DNA from: Octopus vulgaris
Taxonomy: Eukaryota
Assembly (NCBI GenBank): GCA_951406725.2
Contig: OX597819.1
Coordinates: 25,730,001 to 25,794,000 of the forward strand
DNA length: 64,000 nucleotides
Direction of reading: 5' to 3'
Part shown: positions 25,207-38,778 of the stretch, piece by piece
Numbering within the stretch: position 1 is the first letter of the stretch
How the letters are laid out: the number at the start of each line of letters is the position of its first letter
Program-made: the position numbers and the translations under genes
Notes under the pieces: generated by a model
Database searches by the model: none
Told to the model about the DNA's origin: nothing
The model's input: only the letters and a program-made list of their open reading frames with translations

Positions 25207-25524
25207 TGTATATTATATTATGATCTAAAGATGCTACAAATTTAGCGCCTTTAATTCAATTTACTAAAGTCTGATTCAGTTAATTATTGTTAAATTCAGT
25301 CCTTTAGGTTTTGATTTTATATAAGCTTTCATAAATATGAAAGCACTACACACCCTCGCTGAAACACACGCATACACATACGCGCGCGTGTACGTGTATT
25401 TGGATTTTCTTTCAGATTGCATTTTGAAGAGTTGAGAAAGTTGAAAATGCATCTTTTGCGAAATAAATGCAAGTGTAAAATACGAATGCTGCTACAAAAT
25501 AATTGCATCATATTTTGACTCGAG

Positions 25525-26175
25525 GGCAGCAGTTTTATTAACTAGTAGACTGATCCAGTAGTACACAAGTATTTCAATTTATCGATCCCGGATGTATGAA
25601 AGGCAAAATTGACCTCGGCGTAATTTAAACTTGAAACGTTAAGAGCCAGAAGCAATGCCAATGAGTATTTTATCTGACGCACTAACGAATCTGTCAGCTC
25701 GCCGATTTACGTAGGGATAAATAATCCTTTTTGAAATAGGCACAAGGTCTGACATTTTGTGAGGATGGGCAGTCTATTACATCGACCCCAGTTTTTGACT
25801 GGTATTTATTCAATCTAATCCAAAAAGATGAAAGGTAAAGACGGCCTTAGCAAAATTTGAACCCACAACACATAAACGGCCGAAATACCGCTATGCATTT
25901 TATCCGGCTCTGTAACAATACTGCCCTAGAGCTGCCTTAATTAACGATAAATAATACATTTTACTAAAGGCACAAGGCCTGAGATATTTTGAGGAGGGTA
26001 CTAGTCGATTACATCGACCCCAGTACTCCACTGTTACTTAATTTATCGACCCCGAAACGATGAAAGGCAAAGTCGACCGCGGCAGAATTTGAACTCAGAA
26101 CACAAAAACAGCCGAATTGCCTTAAAGCATTTTGTCTTTGTCCTGCGCTGTAACGACACTGCCAGTTAGTTGCCT
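25525..26175 (-). mobile_element. Three tandem MetaSINE-like copies
   Basis: Three successive GATGAAAGG(C/T)AAA..GACC..GGC..AATTT cores at ~25590, 25825 and 26060. Confidence 0.8.
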
Positions 26176-26385
26176 GATGTAACTATAAATAATACCATAT
26201 AATATATGAGGTACAAAAAATCTGCTGGCGTTGAAGATTTTATATAAATATTTACATTCCACAGATGAGCGAATAATTACTGCTATTTTTTAAAAACATG
26301 TATGTATGCACGCACGCACACACACACACACACACACACATACACATACACACACACTCACACATGTACGCATATATATATATAT

Positions 26386-26517
26386 ATTTATTTTATAGAA
26401 GGAGCTTCTACAGGACTAGAACTGTTTCATTCAAATGAAATCATCAGAAAGCTTCCTGATGATTTCATTTGAATGAAACAGTTCTAGTCCTGTAGAAGCT
26501 CCTTCTATAAAATAAAT
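26386..26517. repeat. 132-bp near-perfect palindrome of a PLE pseudo-LTR end
   Basis: 62-bp arms are exact reverse complements around AAAGCTTC; each arm carries CTGATGA...GAAAC. Confidence 0.95.
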
Positions 26518-26592
26518 TAATTTACTCTGCTATGTATTGAGTACCTTATATACTGTGGTTAACCCCGAATCAACCCGGGACCTACATATATC

Positions 26593-26623
<31 letters not shown>

Positions 26624-26743
26624 ATATGTGCGTATAAATGCAAATATATACATACATATATATATATGTGCGTATATCTATCTCTCTATCTATATATCTC
26701 TGTCTCTCAGTCTCTGCCTCTCTTTCTCTTTCTTTCTCTCTGT

Positions 26744-26805
<62 letters not shown>

Positions 26806-27381
26806 ATATGCAAACATGTGCATTGCAGAAAAAAAAAAAAACGATTGTGCTTATTCTATAATCCGTAACTCCACTCCATTTACCTGGTTAATAATCAGAA
26901 AGGGTATTTCACATCCCATAAAATCTGTCGTTTGTATGTGTAAGAAATGAATAATATCCAACAGTTGCCTAGAAATCTGCATAAACATGTTCATGAATTT
27001 ACATATCGAGAAATCATGTTGGTTGTATGTTGATTCACAGATGCATAAAGAAGAAATTTATACAGATGTTGCACTACGTGTATCTAATACCTCTGTTACT
27101 GCATAAAGTTTACAAACTTTCTCAGGAACTGTTTGGATCCTGGCATTTGTGTTTAGCTATAAAATTCAATGAAATGTTTTACGGTTTATTTTATTGTATT
27201 CACTTTTTCGATGTATGTATTGTTGTATACGCACGAAATTGTCACTCGTTCTCAACCAATAATTTACCTGTAATACACGTGTTTTGTTTGTAAAATACCG
27301 TAAAAATTGTCAAGTAAATTGGTTTCATTCTTAAATATACACACATATACATGTATGTAGTCTCGCAGCTCTCTCTCCCCC

Positions 27382-27412
<31 letters not shown>

Positions 27413-27557
27413 ACTCACTCACTCACTCACTTTCCGTCTCCCTCTTCGTACATGTGTCTGTATGTTTGTGTATATATATACGCATGAATACATGCATACA
27501 GGCATGTATAATATATTTACATATGTGTGTATATATATATGCTTTTTTTTTTCAATA

Positions 27558-27756
27558 TGTGACCTCGTGAGTACCGCCAGCGATTTTTTTCCTCTGTCTT
27601 CCCTCCTCGGGATCTTTCCTTCTCCTATGTTTCCGACGAAGAGCTCTGCTCGAAACGTTAAACCCTCCGTCTTCCCTTCTTTCCTGAGCGTCCAATAATA
27701 CTTTATTTGTTCCACGTGCTCGCGTTGCTGTGTTTTTTTGTGTTTTCTTGTTTGGA

Positions 27757-27760
<4 letters not shown>
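27558..27760 (+). mobile_element. Penelope-like pseudo-LTR with minimal hammerhead
   Basis: Homologous to 28630-28770 and related to 5062-5200; hammerhead at 27629-27663. Confidence 0.7.
27629..27663 (+). ncRNA. Minimal type I hammerhead motif (CCGA core)
   Basis: gttt-CCGACGA-A-GAGC-tct-GCTC-GAA-ACGT-T-aaac. Confidence 0.6.
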
Positions 27761-27828
<68 letters not shown>

Positions 27829-28189
27829 CAGCTAGCTGGCTAGATAGATAGATCGATAAATAGGTAAGTAGGTAGGGAGGGGAAGGTCGGTAGGTCGGTA
27901 GATAGGTAGGCAGACGTGCAGGTAGACAGACAGACAGACATACAGACAGACAGATAGAATATACCCATTGACACACGAACACACATATCTATACGATTGG
28001 CGCAGGTTGAACTTTCCGAACAGCTGATGTCAGTTACATGCGGAGCTACATATATCAATGAGTTAGCAAAAGAAATAAAAAGAAGATAAAAGAAAATTAC
28101 TTGTCGAGGAAATTCAATACATTATGAGATTGCTGATGTATGAATGAAGGTATTGCGAATTTCTCATATGATGCGTGTGTGTGTTTGTC

Positions 28190-28249
<60 letters not shown>

Positions 28250-28394
28250 TTTTTTTTCTCTTCCCCTTTTTTCCTCTTTTTTCCTTTTTCTTTTCTTTTG
28301 TTTCTTTTCTTCTCCTTTTTTTTCTTTTTTTCTTTTTTCCCTTTCATGATCCCTCTTGATCGAAAACCTACGCCACTTTTTTTTTGTTTCTCTT

Positions 28395-28492
28395 GTTTTT
28401 TGTTTTTTTGTTTTTTTTTCATCCCCCAAAAGAAAAGCTCTACCTTGTAATTTGTCCCATCTGTGTGCAGCCCTGTGTGGCCAATAAAGAAA
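28395..28492 (+). mobile_element. L1/Tx1-type 3' tail fragment
   Basis: AAAAGCTCTACCTTGTAATTTGTCCCATCTGTGTGCAGCCCTGTGTGGCCAATAAAGAAA; terminus resembles those at 7493 and 49271. Confidence 0.5.
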
Positions 28493-28557
28493 CTTATCTA
28501 TCTATCTATGTATTTATGTGTCTACTTTTCTAATACTCGCATATATATATGTTTTTA

Positions 28558-28629
<72 letters not shown>

Positions 28630-28632
<3 letters not shown>

Positions 28633-28770
28633 TCCTATGTTTCCGACGAAGAGCTCCACTAGAAACGTTAAACCCTCCTTCTTTCCTTCTTTCCTGAGCG
28701 TCCAATAATACTATATTTGTTCCACGTCCTCGTGTTGTGGTTTTTTTGTGCTTTCTTGTTTGGATTAACT
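28630..28770 (+). mobile_element. Second copy of the pseudo-LTR at 27558-27760 (stem II disrupted)
   Basis: TCTCCTATGTTTCCGACGAAGAGCTCCACTAGAAACGTTAAACCC...TTTGGATTAA. Confidence 0.75.
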
Positions 28771-28817
28771 TTATATATATATTTATGTATACATACATAC
28801 ATACACATACACACGCA

Positions 28818-28903
<86 letters not shown>

Positions 28904-28959
28904 CACACACACACAAAAGGATAATTATATCAAAAGGGTGTCTGTGGAAAAATTCATTT

Positions 28960-29500
28960 AAATAAAAGGGTTGGGAATCAGCTTTGAGAACCACTGTGGA
29001 AATTTTGGTAACCCGTGCCTTAATTTTATCAACCTTAGGAGGTACCTTTTGTACCAGTAGTGGCGTGCATTCTGCTCCAAGAATTTGAACCGAACAACAC
29101 CATCGTAGGGTATGGGCACATACCTATCAAATCTTATCAATGTATGTTATGGCTTGCAATGAAGAAATATACGCAATGTACTTCCCGGCGCAATGATTTA
29201 CCCTGGGTCCTATAATTCTACTAAGAAAACCCTGGAGCTGGGTTCCCGAACTGTAGATACCTTTTTTCACTGTCTTCCATTACATACTTTGCGGATGCCT
29301 CTGAAGGGCGTGACGAGCACAACCTTCCTTTCTGTGAAAAAAAATTTAACTGTCTTCCACAGACTCATCGTAATGCGTGTGCTACTCTCTCTCTGATTTG
29401 CATTCCACCGCTGATATCGTTTTCTATTCTTGGTAAGACCTGGTTCACTCGCCCTATTGTGGACAGTCATCCCGATATGAGCATAGGGTATTTTATTTTC
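28960..29500 (-). pseudogene. Possible decayed LINE ORF1-like fragment
   Basis: Broken minus frame ERKVVLVTPF...VVRFKFLEQNAR...RLIKLRHGLP loosely echoes the ORF1 at 50390-50830; weak. Confidence 0.25.
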
Positions 29501-29892
29501 TCACACACAGAAGGCACAGACTTGATTTTGTGGTTAAAGCAATTTCGCTTCGTGACAATGTTATCTCCTTTAGTTTCCGATTTGACTCCGAAACAGCTAA
29601 CACATTGTGAGTGAATTTAGTAAATTGAAATTTGGGCAGAAGAATCCTTTTTGTATGTGTCAGCGTCGAAGTCGAAGGTTTTGTAACTGACGGGGACAGT
29701 AATTGAATATCACCTAAAAAATAAAACTGGATCCCATTAAATAGGTAAACTATTGCATAATCAAATTCCTGTATATAGAAAGAACTATGCTGTGTGGAAA
29801 CGTGTAGTGATTAAAAAGTAACTGCCTAACCGTACTCCTTGTTGACTCTATCTTATTCATATATATGTATGTATGTATATATGGTTTCTGTC

Positions 29893-29894
<2 letters not shown>

Positions 29895-29955
<61 letters not shown>

Positions 29956-29988
29956 AACGTCTATTCTCGTGCATGTGTGTATACGTGC

Positions 29989-30060
<72 letters not shown>

Positions 30061-30075
30061 GTCTGTCTATCTGTC

Positions 30076-30135
<60 letters not shown>

Positions 30136-30161
30136 CCTATCTATCTGTCTGTCTGTCTGTC

Positions 30162-30206
<45 letters not shown>

Positions 30207-30239
30207 TTTTCTATCTGTCTGTCTGTCTGTCTATTTGTC

Positions 30240-30277
<38 letters not shown>

Positions 30278-30330
30278 CATCTAGCTGTCTGTATGTCTGT
30301 CTCTCTCTATATATATATCTATCTATCTAC
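29895..30330. repeat. (TA)n/(TATC)n compound microsatellite
   Basis: Direct reading. Confidence 0.95.
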
Positions 30331-31215
30331 CTGTGGCTATATGTATGGGTGTGAAGCCCTTTACGTTTATGCTTCTCTCCACTTCACAACTGATGTTTAT
30401 ACCTTTACGTCCTTGAAACTTAGCAGTTCAGCAAAGAGAGTTCGATAGAATAGGTTCTAACCTAAAATCAAATAAGAATAAGAAGGGCGATTTGATCCGT
30501 TAATTCCTTCACAGGAAACTTAATACCTGCGAAACTTAATACCTAAAGCGAGTAAATCAGTACATCCGTCACTAGAATTTCCTACAAATCTTTCCTTCAG
30601 TCAGTAAGGTGTGACTTTATTAAATTTCGACTGCTATTTCTAGCTGATCGAGCGACCACTAAGAGACCTTCCTCTTTGAACTATCATCAAGATAAAACGC
30701 ACGCATATATGTGCACAGGTGTGCGCGTGTATGTGTATGTGTGTGTGTACGTGTGTAACGTACATAATGTATGTCTGTGTGTGTGTCTGTGTGTGTGTAT
30801 GTCTATAATGAATGTATCCTATGTCACCACCTGTATATATACATATATGTATCTATATGTATCTATATGTATATATAGGTATCGTGTATGTGAGAATGAT
30901 TACCTGTTGGACGCTACACCTGGTGTACACTGGAAGTGAAGCTCAGGTAAGAAAATCGTTATTGCTGTCGTATTGTTACTACAGTAAAAATATCGCAATG
31001 CAACAGTTTCATCTCTCCCATCGCTTTTTCTCTTTCTCGCACTCCCATCCTCCCTCCCTCTCTCTCTCTCATACACGTTCTCCTTCATTATGGCCTATAA
31101 CTCAATACCTTTGTCAACTGTTCGTTCAGTCATTCCCTTTATCCTCGAAACATTTTCTCTCTCTCTGTCTTCTCACTCTCTCACTTACTCAGTCTCCCTC
31201 TCTAGCTATCTATCC

Positions 31216-31326
<111 letters not shown>

Positions 31327-31467
31327 GATATATATATATATATGTGTGTATATATATATGTATATATATATATATATATGTAATAAACACACACACACAA
31401 ACTTTATATCATATACATGAATGAATCTACGTATACCTGCTTGCATCTATATGTGTCTCTCCTTTCT

Positions 31468-31502
<35 letters not shown>

Positions 31503-31552
31503 ATGTGTGTATGTTTGTGTGTGTGTGTGTATACAAACACATATATATATAT

Positions 31553-31781
31553 ATTTCTTTCATACCCACAAGGGGCTAAACTTAGAGGGGAGAAACAAGG
31601 ACAGACAAAGGGATTAAATTGATTACATCAGCCCCAGTGCGAAACTGGCACTTTATTTATCGACCCCAAAAGGATGAAAGACAAAGTCGACCTCGGCGGA
31701 ATTTGAACTCAAAACGAAACGGCAGACGAAAGACGGCTACGCATTTCGCCCGGCGTGCTAACGTTTCTGCCAGCACGCCGC

Positions 31782-31782
<1 letters not shown>
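31553..31782 (-). mobile_element. MetaSINE-like SINE with Tx1-like tail
   Basis: Same head and core; tail as in 19468-19540. Confidence 0.85.
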
Positions 31783-31862
<80 letters not shown>

Positions 31863-31953
31863 GCACATATATATTTACACATATATATACAGACATATAC
31901 ATATATACCCATATATATATCCATTTACATACATGCATATATACAAGTGTGTT

Positions 31954-31997
<44 letters not shown>

Positions 31998-33702
31998 TAC
32001 ACACTGCACACACTCTCTCACTAACACACACACGTACATACGCACACATTTTCGCTTCATTTCTGTTAAATATTCCGAGCACTATCTGCACCATACACAC
32101 TTATTAAGATGTTAAATTATAATTGTGAAGTCGAGGAAAATCGATTGAATTATATTTAGAAAACAAAGAAGAAAAACAAATTTATTTTTTACGTCTTTCA
32201 CAAAGACTTGTAGTTTATAGAAAAAAAAAAAAAAACCAAAGGTATTTGAAAACTAAACAATAAACACTTGTCCGTTTTCAGAAATAAAAAGAGATAGGGC
32301 TTGGGTAAGTGAGGGAAGAAGTTCCAAGGAGTAAGAATAAATATACTGTTGGAAGGATTTCAACATGAGACGTGTTTTGATGACAACATCACTCGTGTTT
32401 CTAACCTTTAGCTATCAGCCATGACTTACAGATATATAGGATGACGTGTGTTGTCGCATGGCAATGTGTATTTGAGTTATTATACGTTGTGTACCTGTAT
32501 GTTTGTGTGCGCGTTTGTGAGTGTTTATATGTGTGTACGTGCGTGGCTATGTATGTATGAGAATGCATGTTTTGCACGTTTGTGCATTGGTGTGTGCTGG
32601 CGTGTTTCTGCTCTTGTGAATGCATATTTATCTCCCTGCATGGGTGTGTGTCTGTGTGTATGTATGTTCATGCACGTATGTGCATTTTTGAATGCTTTTC
32701 TCTGTTTGTCCGCATGTGTACTGGTATATGTATACGCATGCGTGCTTTTTTGTGCGTGTGTGTGTGTGTTGTTACATGTATATGATTCGAATGTGTATGT
32801 GTCCATGCATGTGTGTACGCGTGTATGTTAGTGTGCTCATGCTGTTGCTTACTGGTGTAATTTTGTGCTATATGTGTGTGTTCGTTTGCATCTGTGTACG
32901 TGTATGTGGCTAATTGCGGCCTATGTATAACCTGCTTCCTGTGTACGTATGTATGCGTGTGAGCGATTCTCTATTCGTATGTATGCGTATGGACTGGAAT
33001 TTGCACATATATACATTTGTGTGTGTGCGTATGTGTATGCGTGTCTTATGTGCTTCTGGTTATATGTGTTTCAATGTATACGTTTGTATATATTCTTGTG
33101 CATATTACCGCGTGTTGTTTGTGTGATTGTGGTCAGGTATTCATGTCAGTACCTTAAATGCTCCTTGTGCGTATGACTGAATTTGTACATACGCGAGCAT
33201 GTGTGTGTGTTTATCCTACTATTCTGTGCTTATATGAATGCCTGCTTGATTGTGCACATATGTGCACATATTCACAGATGTGTTTATGGTGTTTGGGTAT
33301 GGTCTGTATCTGTGTGTATGCGTCTAGATGCGCGCCTGCGCGAGCTCTTCGACTAGTGTATGTCATCAAATATTGATAATTCTTGGCCTTTCTCTATCAA
33401 TGCTGAATATTGTCATTCTGCTTCAGTCTTACTTTCTCCACCTCGCCTTTTCTCTTTCTCTTACTCTTTCTCTTCCGCTCTCAATCTTTCACGCTATCTC
33501 ACTCTCTCTCTCACCCTTTCACTCTATCCTTCTTCCTGTCTTCCCCTCAAACCCCGTCGCCAGTATCGGCAACGCTTGAGGAAGAGCAATGAAATGACGT
33601 TAGCATTTATTTTTTTACACGAATCTAGTGATTTTTGACTGCAGATACACCTTTAATTTGGTAGTCCATGTAATGTCTTTCTCAGTTAGTGCCCCTATGT
33701 CA

Positions 33703-33733
<31 letters not shown>

Positions 33734-33748
33734 GTAATAATAATACTA

Positions 33749-33821
<73 letters not shown>

Positions 33822-33857
33822 TAATTACTGTTGCAGCTGTTGTTGTAGTTACTGTTA

Positions 33858-33934
<77 letters not shown>

Positions 33935-33937
<3 letters not shown>

Positions 33938-34420
33938 GAGTGAGAGAGCAGTGCATGCCATCAATGTGACACTGGGGTAAAGTATATGAAGCCTAATATA
34001 CCCATCATGACTACCCGTCTGATAAGAGTACACCAGGCACATACATCACAAACATATCTGCACGACATGGTGATCTCATATCAGGATAAACAGCACATGA
34101 CCTTGCAAGTGGGGCCCAGTTAGAATTTTCGCTCAAAAGGTCCCTGAATAAGGATTGTTTAAGGATGTTGAACGAGCCACCCATGTTTCCAAAGGTCAAT
34201 TATCCAAACCCTAAAGAATTCCTCTCAACACATGGCTATGATGCTCCCCCACTACTTCTGCTCGTGATCAGAGGTGCGCATATCGTCAGCCACTAAGGGA
34301 CATGCTCAACTGGTTAAGGTTAAACAACTGATAAGCAAATCTGTGGTACTGAGCAGAATATTTGCTCTAGCCCATCTTTTATACCAAGACAAACCAATGT
34401 ACATGATAACACTTCCAATA
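33935..34420 (-). mobile_element. Unclassified ~540-bp non-coding retroelement, copy 1 (5'-truncated), (TAA)n tail
   Basis: Homologous to 34437-34979, 36005-36540 and 58335-58552; ends CTCTCTCACTC-AATAAT on the minus strand. Confidence 0.8.
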
Positions 34421-34436
34421 TTATTATTATTATTAT

Positions 34437-34979
34437 TGAATGAGTGAGCAGCGCATGTCATCAAAGTGACATTGGGGTACAAATAAACGAAGTCCAATAT
34501 ACGCATCATCACTATTCATCTGATAAGGGTACACCAGGCATATGCATCACCACCATATGTGTGCGACATGGTGATCTCATATCAAGTTAAACAGCGCATA
34601 ACCTTGTAGGTAGGGTCCAGTTAGAACTATCTTCAAGTGGAGTAGCCTATCCCGTTCATAAGATCCCTGAATAAGGGTTGTTTAAGGTTGATGACAAAAC
34701 ACTTATGCTTACAGAGGTGAATTATTCACGCCCTATAGAATTCCTCTCAACATATAGCTATAATCTCCTCCGCTGGTGATCAGAGATACACATATCAGCC
34801 ATTAAGGAACATGCTCAGCTGGTTCAGGTCATGCAACTGACAAGCAAATTTGTGGTATTGAGCAGGATATTCACTGTAGCTCATCTGTTATACCAAGACA
34901 AATCGTGCATGATAACACTTCCAGTCACTTAATATCAGAGGCCATGACAGTCAGTGTCTGGTGCTGCATAAAGGCATTT
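34437..34979 (-). mobile_element. Unclassified ~540-bp non-coding retroelement, copy 2
   Basis: Diverged tandem copy; minus 5' end AAATGCCTTTATGCAGCACCAGAC. Confidence 0.8.
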
Positions 34980-35044
34980 ATTATTATCATCATTATTGTT
35001 GTTGTTGTTATTCATATGCACACAACTAATTATAGTGTTGGAAA

Positions 35045-35225
35045 AGAAAAAGAAAATCTAACATCAGGTTACAACAAGTAGACTGTTTGCTGGAGCTGTT
35101 CTAAACTGGATTTTATACCCATTTCCTCCATCCATCTGTCCAAATCTTTAGGGATAGTTCCCAAAGCACCTATAGCTACTGCGATACATTTTATCCACAC
35201 TTTCCAAATTTCTCTGAAATTCAAT
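35045..35225 (-). mobile_element. R4/Dong-like RLE C-terminal fragment (family 2)
   Basis: REIWKVWIKCIAVAIGALGTIPKDLDRWMEEMGIKSSLEQLQQ. Confidence 0.7.
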
Positions 35226-35235
35226 GGCAATGTTC

Positions 35236-35284
<49 letters not shown>

Positions 35285-35285
<1 letters not shown>

Positions 35286-35653
35286 GTTTGACTTTTGCTT
35301 TATATTTGTACAAGTTGGCTCCAAGTCTCACCCGGAGACCTCAAGAGATAACAAGTTGGAAGTTCACATTGTTGTTATTCCTAGTGTGCCATATATTTGG
35401 TTGTTTTTTGTGTTGTACTGGTGGATGTCTAAAAAAAAAAAGTTTGTTTTAAACCTTGAGATTACATAGAAAGTATTTTGCGTAGGATAGGAGCAGTTCC
35501 CATGAGCACTATCTTTTGAATTTCTGCCATTTTGTGGTTTCCTGGTATCTGAGTTAGGTAGCTATCAGCCCCTTTTGCTATCATTCCCAGGGCACCTATG
35601 ACAACAGGTATTGTTTTAGTCTTCAGGTTCCACATTTTGCTGATTTCTATTTC

Positions 35654-35657
<4 letters not shown>
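35285..35657 (-). mobile_element. R4/Dong-like 3' end (family 3) with 3' UTR in (TAA)n
   Basis: EIEISKMWNLKTKTIPVVIGALGMIAKG...EIQKIVLMGTAPILRKILSM*; flanked by TAA arrays. Confidence 0.85.
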
Positions 35658-35736
<79 letters not shown>

Positions 35737-35737
<1 letters not shown>

Positions 35738-35950
35738 GATTTGACTCAACTTTCCACTTATTCCTAGTAGATTTTATGTTCGTAGCGGTTACCGCCAGTA
35801 ACTTTAGTTATGCTCAGGCTTTCAATAATCTTTCAAGTTCTCAAAACTCCTCTGATAAACTTTTCTGTCCTTAAGATGCAAATTGTCTGTTGAAGTACAT
35901 TCTGTTCCAATCTCCCTGAATTATTTGTCTATGACATTTTCGCAAATGTT
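35737..35950 (-). mobile_element. R4/Dong-like 3' end (family 4, degraded)
   Basis: FREIGTECT / QTICILRTEKFIRGVLRT* followed by a UTR and TAA array. Confidence 0.5.
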
Positions 35951-36004
35951 GTAGTTGTTGGTACTGTTGGTTGTTGTTGTTGTTGTTATTGTTCTTCTTC
36001 TTTT

Positions 36005-36536
36005 TGAGTGGCAGAGCAATGTATGCCATCAAATTAATACTGGGGCAATAATATACCAAGCTCAGTATGCCCAGCATGACTCCTCGTCTGATAAGAATAC
36101 ACCAGGCGCATGCATCACAACTATATGTGCGCGTCACAGAGATCCCAAATCAAGATAAACAGCGCATGACCTTTCAGGTGGGACCCAGTTAGAATTTTCT
36201 TCAGATCAAGTAGCCCATTACGCTCAAAAGGTCCCTGAATTATGGGTTGTTTAAGGATGATGAACAAAACACCCATGTTTCCAAAGATGAATTATCCAAT
36301 TCCCAAAGAATTCCTCTGAACACAAGGTTATGATGCTCCCCCGCTACTTCTGCTCGTGATCAGGGATGCACATATCGTCAGTCACTAAGGGATATGCTCA
36401 AATGCTTATGGCGAAGCAAATGACAAGCAAATTGAGCAGAATGTTTGCTGTATCCAATCTTTTATACCAAGACAAAACAATGGACATCCAATCAGTTAAG
36501 ATCAGAAGAAGCCAATGCCTGGCACTGAATCAATGC

Positions 36537-36540
<4 letters not shown>
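36005..36540 (-). mobile_element. Unclassified ~540-bp non-coding retroelement, copy 3
   Basis: Homologous to 33935-34420 throughout. Confidence 0.8.
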
Positions 36541-36593
<53 letters not shown>

Positions 36594-36616
36594 CATCATC
36601 ATCATCATCATCATCA

Positions 36617-36689
<73 letters not shown>

Positions 36690-36692
<3 letters not shown>

Positions 36693-37620
36693 AATTCCGC
36701 CAGGGTAAGGTTTGCTTTTTATCCTTTCTGGGTCGATGATATAGGATATCTTTATAATCGGGTCGCCCCGCTCTCTCCACAAAATTTAAGGCTCTGCACC
36801 AATAATAAAAAGGATTATTATTATATTTTCTGCTTTTTTTAAGTGGTCATTAGGCAGAATTGTTAGCACGCCGGACAGAAAGCTAAGCGGCATTTCGTTC
36901 ATATTTACGTTTTAAGTTCAGATGCCGCCGAGGTCGACTTTGCCTTTAATCCTTTCGAGATCGATAAACTATGTACCAGTTAAGTACTGGGGCCAATGTG
37001 GTCGACTTACTCCCTCTCCCGAAATTACTGGCCTTGTACCAAAATTTGAAACCATTACTTCTGTTATTGAGTTCAAAATCAGCTGAGGTTGATATTGTTA
37101 GTCATCATTTCAGGGTCGATGAAATAAATACCAGCTGAGTACCGGAGTTGATGTAATCGACTATTACCCTCTCCCAAAAGTTCAGAAATTGTGCCGATTG
37201 TAGAAAGAATTATTATTATTATTATTGCTACTGTTGTTTGGGCTTAGGGTGGTGGATTGCCAAGAAGGGATGTGAATGCAGAATCCTCATAGCGTTGAAG
37301 AAAATGCCTTGGAGAAATCCTTTCGGCTGTTCTGAGTTCAAATCCCACCGATGTGAAATTTGACTTTATTATTTCGTTGACCAATAAAATAAAATACTAA
37401 TCAAGTGATACACTCCCTAGAATTCAACAGACCTTGTCATTTAAAACTACTGCTATTTGCCTGAATAATGAAAATAAATACGTCTCCTATTATAGCTCTT
37501 CATTGACAGAATTGTTACAGCGTCTGATTAAATGCTTTGCAGCATTATTTCTTGTTCTTTACTCTCCAAGTTCGAATCCTGTCACGATTAACTTTGCATT
37601 TTATCTTTCCGGCGTTTCCG
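36690..37620 (+). mobile_element. Cluster of about five MetaSINE-like copies or fragments
   Basis: Repeated AGTTC(A/G)AAT..GCCGAGGTCGACTTTGCCTTT.ATCCTTTC-type cores at ~36690, 36915, 37070, 37335 and 37570. Confidence 0.75.
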
Positions 37621-37949
37621 ATGTTTCTATCATAGGCACAATGGCTGAAAATTGCTACGAGGGGTTCAATCATTTAAATTGACCCAATACTTGACCAATA
37701 TCTAGTTTCACTTTTTCTAATATCCATCGTTCCTTTAAGTCAAGATGATGAAATATAACTTTAGGAAGTATGACTCCAATATCTCATATTTTGCGCAACA
37801 ATTTTGAATCAAGACTCTAGTTCGTCCGGACATTTGATCGGTCAAGTCCAGACCGATGCAATTCATGAGTGCTTTGTTGTCTTGTAGCCTAAACTCATAA
37901 AAACTATATGAATATACATAACATTTATTTTCATAATACAGTTCTATAT

Positions 37950-38112
37950 TTAAGAGATGAAGAATTATGTACATTATTTACATTCTTTACATTTATTTAC
38001 ATTTAACGGATATTTCCCCAAGACACCTGATAAAGGCTGGAGAGTATATCAGCCAAAACGTTGTGTTAACAACAAACAAGATGAGGACGAATATCCGTCA
38101 AATGTAAATAAT
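37950..38112. mobile_element. Inverted PLE pseudo-LTR pair with decayed hammerhead
   Basis: ATTTACATTTAACGGATA versus TATCCGTCAAATGTAAAT; acac-CTGATAA-AGGCTG..CAGCC-AAAACGTT-gtgt at 38023-38066; family of 62100-62550. Confidence 0.65.
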
Positions 38113-38778
38113 GCTTTATTTTCATGTAAATACAACCAATTACGCCTTAATGCAGTCACTCAATTAAGCAAAGTAATAAATGCTATTATATTTCTCAACT
38201 ACAGCGTAATTTTCGCAAAATGGGGTAGTTATGTTAACTATGGGCGTAGATGAGATTTCGACCGTAGCGGATTTGAACTGTTAAAATGGAACAACTATTA
38301 GCCATCAATTTTGTATTCCTGTGTGTGTAATATACAAACACATACCTAGCCGCTAATGGTATGGGTTTTCCCAAATCTCTCGGATTCTCATGGCCACGTA
38401 TATGTTAACCGAGCATATCTTCTAAATCTATGAATTGAAATGCAAGGAAGCGTCTACCGTGCCAGGACAGATTTACATATTTGAATAACATTATCGTTTC
38501 GACATTAGCTACAAGGGTAAACATGCAGTGGTGTATTGATAAATAGGCAGTAAATAAATATAGGGATTCAAATCTACATGTATTATTATCTGACAACGTA
38601 TTTTGGGAAGTGGAGATATACAACATAAGGACAAGTAACTCCAATCGTGACTTGTCCTCACAAAAACACCTCACAAAATGATTCTGTACATTCATAACCT
38701 CCGCTTTATTTGTACCCAAACTAGTGGTATGTGTGTGCGTGTGCGCGCGTATATGTATATATATATATATATATATAT

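Noticed and set aside
32420-33370. Long GT/TA-rich stretch with several overlapping ORFs
   Set aside because: It is a degenerate microsatellite-derived low-complexity region with no protein signal.
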